This document shows, one piece after another, positions 58,147 to 64,000 of a stretch of DNA of 64,000 nt. Position 1 is the stretch's first letter, and every line of letters starts with the position of its first letter. The DNA is from Nanobdellota archaeon (GTDB taxonomy: Archaea > Nanobdellota > Nanobdellia > Parvarchaeales > Parvarchaeaceae), in the NCBI GenBank assembly GCA_021807125.1, contig JAKAPK010000002.1:14120-78119 (forward strand), read 5' to 3'. The notes beneath the pieces were generated by a model. It saw only the letters and a program-made list of their open reading frames with translations. It ran no database searches and was not told where the DNA came from. Position numbers and translations under genes: made by a program.

Positions 58147-60459
58147 ATGAAAAACTTCTTGGATTCTCTTGATAAATTTGTTTATAAGAATAAGAAATAC
58201 ATAATAATTTGCTGGATTATAGTTTTTGTATTATCTGTCCCGTTTGCTATAAAACTTTTTAGCGTTGTCTCGTACAGTATAACTAGCAGCCCTTCAAATT
58301 CCAATTCTTCATCAAACAGTACAGACAACACACAAATAATTCTCATACTTAACAAAAATGTATTGTCCTCTTCATCAGAAAGTTTTGTGAACAAATTATC
58401 GGCAAACATAACAAATAGCAATATAACTTCTATATTTTCAATAGACCAAGAGCTGTTATACCGCGTTTATTACCTAATAAATGCATATTCACAGACAACA
58501 CTAAGCGCTTTGTACAATGAATTCAACGTTAGCCCAGCCACTGTTTCACCTGTACTTAATGAAACCATAATAAGACTGGCTTCTGCGCATCTTTCAGCAC
58601 TCGCAGTGAATATGAGTGCAGAATATAATTTTGAAACCGGCGGCTCTCTTAATAATTTTACCTATGGGATACTGAAAGGATATGTCAATTCTTCACCAAG
58701 TTACATAGTCAACAAGTATAATGTATCCAATTTCCCCGTTTTTGCAAGCAGACAGGTCAGTCTTGGGTTTGTAAATCCTAATAAAACCGCTATGATAATA
58801 ATCGTACAAAACGCCAATTATTCTTCTGTCGAGAACTCGGTTGGCAAGCTTGCTAGCAATTATAATTCAACTGCATATGTCAGCGGCGCAAGTGCGATTG
58901 CGAATGGGATAGAGAGCAGCACTCTTATAGGCACTTTCCTTGCAATTGCAGTCGGCGTTATGATAGCAATTCTAGTTACTGGACTGATATTCCGATCTCC
59001 CGTAGCTGCGTTCGTCCCTCTCTTAATATTCGGCATAGATTTGAGTGTAGCTTATTCTATTTTTTATCTCGTGTTCAGTAGGATTTTAAACACGCAAATA
59101 TCATTCTTTGACCCTACATTGACTTCGATATTGATGCTTGGTCTTTCTACAGATTACTTGGTTTATATTTTATATCGATACAGACAGGAACGCGGAGCGG
59201 GTATAAAACAAAAAAAATCCACTTATCTTGCGATGCGCTGGTCTGGCGAAGCAGTATTCTTCAGTGGCATAACTGTAATAAGCTCGTATGTATTACTTTA
59301 CATACTTAACCTTGCATTCGTGTCCAGTTCGGGATTAACAAATGCAGTTGGAATAATGATAGTCGTCTTGTCTGCACTTACACTCCTTCCAGCTATGCTG
59401 TATACCTTTGGGGATAAACTTATGTTTCCAAATAAATACAAGATGAAAACTGATGGACTGGGCATATTCCACAAAATAGCAGAATTTGACAACAAGAACG
59501 CAGTGCCGATAATAATAATATTCGCAATAATAGCTATGATATCAATCTACTTTTTCTTTACGTTTATGCCCGATTTCAACCTTCTCGGCTTAATCCCTAA
59601 TTCGCAAGCCACCCAGACGTTGTTGACTGCTCCCAGTAAATTCGGTTATGATCCAATAAACAGCATGCTCGTAACAATATACCCCGGGGCTTATTCTGCT
59701 CAAAACATTGTTCAAGGAATAAACAACACACCTGGAGTTTATACTGCTATTTACAATAAAGCCTTAAATGGAACTACATATGTAAATGTCTTTTTTACAA
59801 ACAACGGTTTTTCAAGAGGGGCTTTGACTACGTACAGCTCTATAAATAACTTGCTTACAAAATCTGGAGTTAGTTACAATATGACGGGACTACCAGCATT
59901 TGTAGGTCAAAGTTTCTATAGTATATACAACCAAATACCGTTGATGATTTTAGTGCTTGGAATCGTAATCTTTGTTATACTTTTTATCCTTCTAATAGCG
60001 TTTTATACTCCTCTTCGTTTGGTCCTTATGCTAATCTCTATTTTATCCATCGCCAATGCGATAACCGTGTTCATATTTTATTTTGTTTATTCTCTCCCCT
60101 TTATAGTCATAGCACAAATATTTCTCATAACAAACATAATGGGTGTTGGAATAGACTATGATATATTCTTAGTACTACGCATAAGAGAAAACGTTAAACG
60201 TGGGATGAAAAATGAAATCGCAGTAAAACGCGGGCTTGAAAAAAGCGGTCCTGTGATTATTAGCATTGGACTTATATTAGCTGCCGTGTTTTTTGCCATA
60301 GCCAGCAGCGGTATACCATTACTGGCCGAAGTTGGTTTTATAGTCGGAATAGGTATAATAACTGATACATTTATATCTGTGCTGTTTATTATACCATCGA
60401 TGATGATGATATTATCTAAGTATAACTGGTGGCCATCAAAAATAAGAAAAAAATTATGA
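58147..60459 (+). CDS. MMPL / RND-superfamily membrane transporter (12 TM, two large extracytoplasmic loops)
   Basis: 770 aa. N-terminal TM, an S/N-rich ~230-aa loop, a 5-TM bundle with LGLSTDYLVYILYRY, a second loop, and a second bundle with GVGIDYDIFLVLRIRE. The duplicated GxGxDY motifs are the MMPL/SSD hallmark. Confidence 0.7.
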   Translation: MKNFLDSLDKFVYKNKKYIIICWIIVFVLSVPFAIKLFSVVSYSITSSPSNSNSSSNSTDNTQIILILNKNVLSSSSESFVNKLSANITNSNITSIFSIDQELLYRVYYLINAYSQTTLSALYNEFNVSPATVSPVLNETIIRLASAHLSALAVNMSAEYNFETGGSLNNFTYGILKGYVNSSPSYIVNKYNVSNFPVFASRQVSLGFVNPNKTAMIIIVQNANYSSVENSVGKLASNYNSTAYVSGASAIANGIESSTLIGTFLAIAVGVMIAILVTGLIFRSPVAAFVPLLIFGIDLSVAYSIFYLVFSRILNTQISFFDPTLTSILMLGLSTDYLVYILYRYRQERGAGIKQKKSTYLAMRWSGEAVFFSGITVISSYVLLYILNLAFVSSSGLTNAVGIMIVVLSALTLLPAMLYTFGDKLMFPNKYKMKTDGLGIFHKIAEFDNKNAVPIIIIFAIIAMISIYFFFTFMPDFNLLGLIPNSQATQTLLTAPSKFGYDPINSMLVTIYPGAYSAQNIVQGINNTPGVYTAIYNKALNGTTYVNVFFTNNGFSRGALTTYSSINNLLTKSGVSYNMTGLPAFVGQSFYSIYNQIPLMILVLGIVIFVILFILLIAFYTPLRLVLMLISILSIANAITVFIFYFVYSLPFIVIAQIFLITNIMGVGIDYDIFLVLRIRENVKRGMKNEIAVKRGLEKSGPVIISIGLILAAVFFAIASSGIPLLAEVGFIVGIGIITDTFISVLFIIPSMMMILSKYNWWPSKIRKKL

Positions 60460-61214
60460 ACATCTTTGATAAGATATTCAGAAAAAACAAGCAAGAAGAA
60501 GTAGCATACGCCTATGATGGCAAAGACAAACTGTCGATAGTAAAAACGGGGGCGAACAAGGAGTTACGATTCAATAACATCGTTTATTCAAAATTGTCAG
60601 AAGATTCTGTGTACACTGGTAGTTATTGGGACTATTTCACTCCACTTCCTGCACTATATGAAGAACCTAAAATATTAATGATAGGACTTGGCGGCGGCAC
60701 TATAGCGATACAATTTCTGAAACTATTTCCAAACAAAAATCTACATATAGATGCTATAGAAATAAGTGAAAAAATGATAAAACTAGCTAAGGATTTTGGA
60801 CTAAGAGAAAACAAAAAGGTCGACGTGATAAATGCTGACGGGCTGGAATACGTGAAAAAAAGGAAAAACGTGTATGACATAATAATATTAGACGCATATA
60901 CTGCTGATAGAATACCAGCACCATTTATACAAGACGAATTTATAAATGACTGCGCTGCGGCGCTTACGAATGATGGGATACTCGCGATAAACTATGCGTT
61001 AGGATTCACTGCAATTGTATATTTAGAACCTTATCTCTCCAGATTAAGAAAGTTATTCAAAGTTTACAAAATAACACCGCCTATGTCGGGTAATATGATA
61101 ATAATCTGTTCAAAAAGTCTTGACAAAGAATCAATAAAAAATAAATTACTTTCTAAGGTAAAAAATACCGGCGACAATTCTCACGTTATAAATGAATATG
61201 CGTCTCTAAATTAA
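60429..61214 (+). CDS. Spermidine-synthase-like class I SAM-dependent (aminopropyl/methyl)transferase
   Basis: 261 aa. ILMIGLGGGTIAIQF (glycine-rich motif I), DAIEIS acidic motif II, DVINADG, YDIIILDAY. Start overlaps the MMPL gene end by 31 nt. Confidence 0.55.
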   Translation: MAIKNKKKIMNIFDKIFRKNKQEEVAYAYDGKDKLSIVKTGANKELRFNNIVYSKLSEDSVYTGSYWDYFTPLPALYEEPKILMIGLGGGTIAIQFLKLFPNKNLHIDAIEISEKMIKLAKDFGLRENKKVDVINADGLEYVKKRKNVYDIIILDAYTADRIPAPFIQDEFINDCAAALTNDGILAINYALGFTAIVYLEPYLSRLRKLFKVYKITPPMSGNMIIICSKSLDKESIKNKLLSKVKNTGDNSHVINEYASLN

Positions 61215-61216
61215 TT

Positions 61217-62686
61217 ATGTCAAAACTAGACTCAAAATCGCCTACTCTAAAAAGGATATCGGATATAATATGGGAAGTATCTCCTTCTTTTAAAGAAGGA
61301 ATGCTGGTGCCAGCTAGAATTTATGGTACAGAAAAAATAATAAAAACAATTGACAAAGAGGTTTTTGACCAAATAACAAACGTTGCAACTTTGAGAGGTA
61401 TAAAGAAGTATGCTTTTGCGCTGCCAGACTGCCACTCAGGATATGGTTTTCCAATAGGGGGCGTAGCCGCTTTCGATGTTGATGAAGGAGGTGTAATATC
61501 TCCTGGAGGAACTGGATTTGATATCAATTGTGGAATGCGATTGATACTCACCGATATTACAAAAGAAGAAATCAAACCTAAGATAAAGGAACTTATAGAC
61601 GCACTCTTTAAAGCCGTACCTTCCGGCGTCGGCAGTTCTGGTGCACTAAATCTGACAAAGAACGAATTTAAGGAATTAGCTGTTGATGGTGCGGAATGGG
61701 CTGTTAAAAAGGAAGGTGGAGACACTAAAGACCTTAAAGCAACGGAAATGTATGGTGTTGCTGATTGGGCGGATGTTACAAAAATTTCTGAAAAGGCAAT
61801 TTCAAGAGGAATAAAACAGATAGGTACTCTTGGTTCTGGTAATCATTATTTGGAGATACAATATATAACTGAATCAAATATATTCGACAAAAAAATTGCG
61901 AAAAAATGGGGTATATTCGATGGACAGGTGGCTATTATGTTCCACTGTGGTTCTCGCGGTGCTGGTCACCAGATAGCTACCGACTATCTTCTAAAATTTT
62001 TAGATGTTATGGAAAGAAAATACGCTATAAAATTAAGAGATAAAGAACTTGCGTCTGCTCCGTTTTATTCTGAAGAGGGCCAAGATTATTACAAGGCTAT
62101 GGGCTGTGGTGTAAATATAAGTTTCGCAAATAGGCAAATAATATTTAACAGCGTAAGACACGTTTTTTCTTCAATATTTAAGAAAGACGCAGATAAGTTA
62201 GGAATACGACAATTATTTGATATAGCGCACAACAGACCTTCACTTGAAGAATATGAAATTGATGGCTTGCGCAGAAAACTTTTGGTACATAGGAAGGGTG
62301 CGACTGCTAGTTATTATAAAGGCAGAAAAGAAATACCTGTGCAATTCAGAAAGGATGGATCTCCAGTTATAATAGGTGGTTCGATGGAAACTGGATCGTA
62401 TCTCTTAATAGGAAAAGAGGGTGCTAAGGAGACATTCTGTAGTACTGCACATGGAAGTGGGAGAACTATGAGCAGAACTGCCGCAAAAAAAGCGTTTAGT
62501 GGTGAAGATATAATTAAATCCATGCTTTCCAATGGTATATACGAAAAAAGTGCTTCTATGGCTGGAATAGCAGAAGAAGCAGGATTAGCTTATAAAGACA
62601 TAGATGAAGTAGCACTATCCGTAGAAACCGCAAATATCTCTAGTAGAGTAGCTAAATTGCTGCCTATTGGCGGTATAAAGGGATAG
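61217..62686 (+). CDS. rtcB: RNA-splicing ligase RtcB (3'-phosphate/5'-OH tRNA ligase)
   Basis: 489 aa. Metal-binding motifs DINCGMR, GSGNHYLE, FHCGSRGAGHQ, and CSTAHGSGR with the guanylylated histidine. Confidence 0.85.
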   Translation: MSKLDSKSPTLKRISDIIWEVSPSFKEGMLVPARIYGTEKIIKTIDKEVFDQITNVATLRGIKKYAFALPDCHSGYGFPIGGVAAFDVDEGGVISPGGTGFDINCGMRLILTDITKEEIKPKIKELIDALFKAVPSGVGSSGALNLTKNEFKELAVDGAEWAVKKEGGDTKDLKATEMYGVADWADVTKISEKAISRGIKQIGTLGSGNHYLEIQYITESNIFDKKIAKKWGIFDGQVAIMFHCGSRGAGHQIATDYLLKFLDVMERKYAIKLRDKELASAPFYSEEGQDYYKAMGCGVNISFANRQIIFNSVRHVFSSIFKKDADKLGIRQLFDIAHNRPSLEEYEIDGLRRKLLVHRKGATASYYKGRKEIPVQFRKDGSPVIIGGSMETGSYLLIGKEGAKETFCSTAHGSGRTMSRTAAKKAFSGEDIIKSMLSNGIYEKSASMAGIAEEAGLAYKDIDEVALSVETANISSRVAKLLPIGGIKG

Positions 62687-62688
62687 AT

Positions 62689-63117
62689 ATGTCACATAGC
62701 TTTGTAGAGGATGTTTCAATGGCGGATGTAGCTTTTAATGCTGAAAACCGCTCGCTTTCCGGTCTTTTCAAAGATTGCGCAAACGCAGTAACTGAGATAA
62801 TGATTAAGAACACAAAATCAATTTCTTGTAAAATAAAAAAAAGATTTGTCATATCGACAGACACACTGGAAAAATTGTTATTTGAGTTTATCAACGAAAT
62901 AATATTTTATAAAGACTCTGAGAATCTAATATTCAATAGATACAATATAAAAATTAATAAAGGGGTGTCATTTACTCTACAGTGCGAAGCGTGTGGAGAA
63001 AAAATGAACACATTAAAACATGAGTACATAGTGGATGCGAAGGCCGCCACAATGCATATGTTAAACATAAAAAAACGAGGGAAAACATGGAGAACTACGG
63101 TGGTGATTGACATATGA
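62689..63117 (+). CDS. Archease (RtcB activator)
   Basis: 142 aa. Directly downstream of rtcB, which is the conserved archaeal arrangement. C-terminal KAATMHML matches the archease KAxTYH motif. Confidence 0.6.
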   Translation: MSHSFVEDVSMADVAFNAENRSLSGLFKDCANAVTEIMIKNTKSISCKIKKRFVISTDTLEKLLFEFINEIIFYKDSENLIFNRYNIKINKGVSFTLQCEACGEKMNTLKHEYIVDAKAATMHMLNIKKRGKTWRTTVVIDI

Positions 63118-64000
63118 CTACAAAAGGAATCGCAATACATTACAATGAGATAGCACTTAAAGGCAAAAACAGACCGAAATTCGAAAAGATGTTGTATTAT
63201 AACATAGAAAGAGCTACTCAGAAAAAGCCAGAAAGATATAACGGCAGACTTATTCTAAAAGATGCCACCGACTCGGACAAGAAAGCAGTTCTTCTTACCC
63301 CTGGTGTTGCGTGGGCAGGCGACGCACTTATAATACCTAGAGACATTAACTTACTAAAAAAAGCAGTAAGAAAAATAGGTGTCGGAAAACAAGTTGAGTA
63401 CGACGTAAAAAGAGTGGATAAGAAATTCGAAAAAACGTCTCTAGATCTTAAATCCTTACTTCAAAGAGACGCGGGTTTAGAACCTAAGAAAGGCGGTTTT
63501 AAAATGCGGATTGATATAATGACTGATTCATTTATAATAAGTTATAATATTAAAAAGGGACTTGGTGGGCTTCCAATTGGCAGTGCGGGTAAGGCACTTT
63601 CTCTCTTTTCTGGGGGAATAGATTCATCTATAGCCCCTATTGAAATAATGAAACGCGGCTGTAAAGTGGATCTTCTCCATATTTATGCATTTCCAAACGA
63701 TTCGAGCGTAATGGAAAGTAAAATAGGGGAGATAGCTCGGCTTTTATCTAAATTCCATGATTGCAGACTTTATATTGCGCCATTTTATGTATTTGCGACG
63801 GCTGTAAATGACATAGATCCGCGATATGAACTAGTTTTATTCAAGCGGTTTCTGCTAAAGCTAGCTGAAGCTGTCGCTATAAAATATGGGTACAAAGCGC
63901 TTGTAACGGGGGATTCTTTATCGCAAGTGGCTTCACAAACTCTTGATAATATAAATGCTATAAGCTTTGGTATTGACATTCCTGTGTTTAGACCCTTAAT
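63114..64000 (+). CDS. thiI: tRNA sulfurtransferase ThiI (THUMP + PP-loop), N-terminal ~295 aa; continues past window end
   Basis: My translation from ATG 63114 is MTTKGIAIHYNEIALKGKNRPKFEK... (THUMP N-terminus) and LSLFSGGIDSSIAP (PP-loop SGGxDS). Overlaps the archease stop by ATGA. Not in the ORF track because there is no stop in the window. Confidence 0.75.
   Translation, partial: MTTKGIAIHYNEIALKGKNRPKFEKMLYYNIERATQKKPERYNGRLILKDATDSDKKAVLLTPGVAWAGDALIIPRDINLLKKAVRKIGVGKQVEYDVKRVDKKFEKTSLDLKSLLQRDAGLEPKKGGFKMRIDIMTDSFIISYNIKKGLGGLPIGSAGKALSLFSGGIDSSIAPIEIMKRGCKVDLLHIYAFPNDSSVMESKIGEIARLLSKFHDCRLYIAPFYVFATAVNDIDPRYELVLFKRFLLKLAEAVAIKYGYKALVTGDSLSQVASQTLDNINAISFGIDIPVFRPL

Noticed and set aside
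1-64000. CRISPR arrays, cas genes, transposases/IS elements, toxin-antitoxin pairs, restriction-modification or other recognisable defence systems
   Set aside because: I scanned intergenic regions (all under 240 bp) and all ORFs of 60 aa or more. There are no direct-repeat/spacer arrays, no DDE/serine/tyrosine recombinase motifs, and no nuclease/ATPase pairs typical of defence islands. The window is core chromosome.

Overview
This is a gene-dense, AT-rich archaeal chromosomal segment. More than 90% is coding, genes overlap by ATGA or abut, and some start with GTG or TTG. Gene content points to a wall-less Thermoplasmata/Thermoplasmatales-like euryarchaeon: tricorn-factor-type M1 aminopeptidase, Pelota, RtcB with archease, a TrmB regulator, two-subunit 2-oxoacid:ferredoxin oxidoreductase, class III (type IV pilin-like) signal peptides, and leaderless genes with TTTAAAT boxes about 26 nt upstream. 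Most of the window is core metabolism. A striking TCA/anaplerotic concentration sits at 23.5-45 kb: icd-acn, korAB, sucCD, sdhACDB, fumC and GTP-PEPCK. The nuoJKLMN membrane-arm cluster follows. Housekeeping genes are asnS, hisS, dcd, ksgA, smc, thiI and one tRNA-Glu(CUC). I found no CRISPR array, transposase, integrase or obvious defence system. The things that deserve a second look are:
- A 1361-aa surface protein with a textbook archaeal prepilin-type signal peptide, eight tandem Cys-bounded domains and C-terminal YVTN beta-propeller repeats. It is flanked on the far side of the window by two more secreted S/T/N-rich proteins.
- A bacterial-style L-lysine 6-transaminase (LAT) catabolic module: lat, two ALDHs, a saccharopine-DH-family gene and a HemL-like transaminase, divergent from gdhA and an amino-acid permease, with a palindromic candidate operator between them.
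- An aminotransferase with an uncharacterised ~180-aa N-terminal extension, in an operon with a P-loop kinase and a GmhB-like HAD phosphatase.
- An RlmJ-like protein whose catalytic DPPY motif is degenerated.
- Three consecutive hypothetical genes upstream of ksgA: a soluble protein, a 2-TM protein with a SHOCT-like tail, and a zinc ribbon.
- A TACT-N4-AGTA palindrome at the trmB promoter.
- An MMPL-type transporter translationally overlapped with a spermidine-synthase-like methyltransferase.
- A possibly frameshifted small zinc-ribbon gene.
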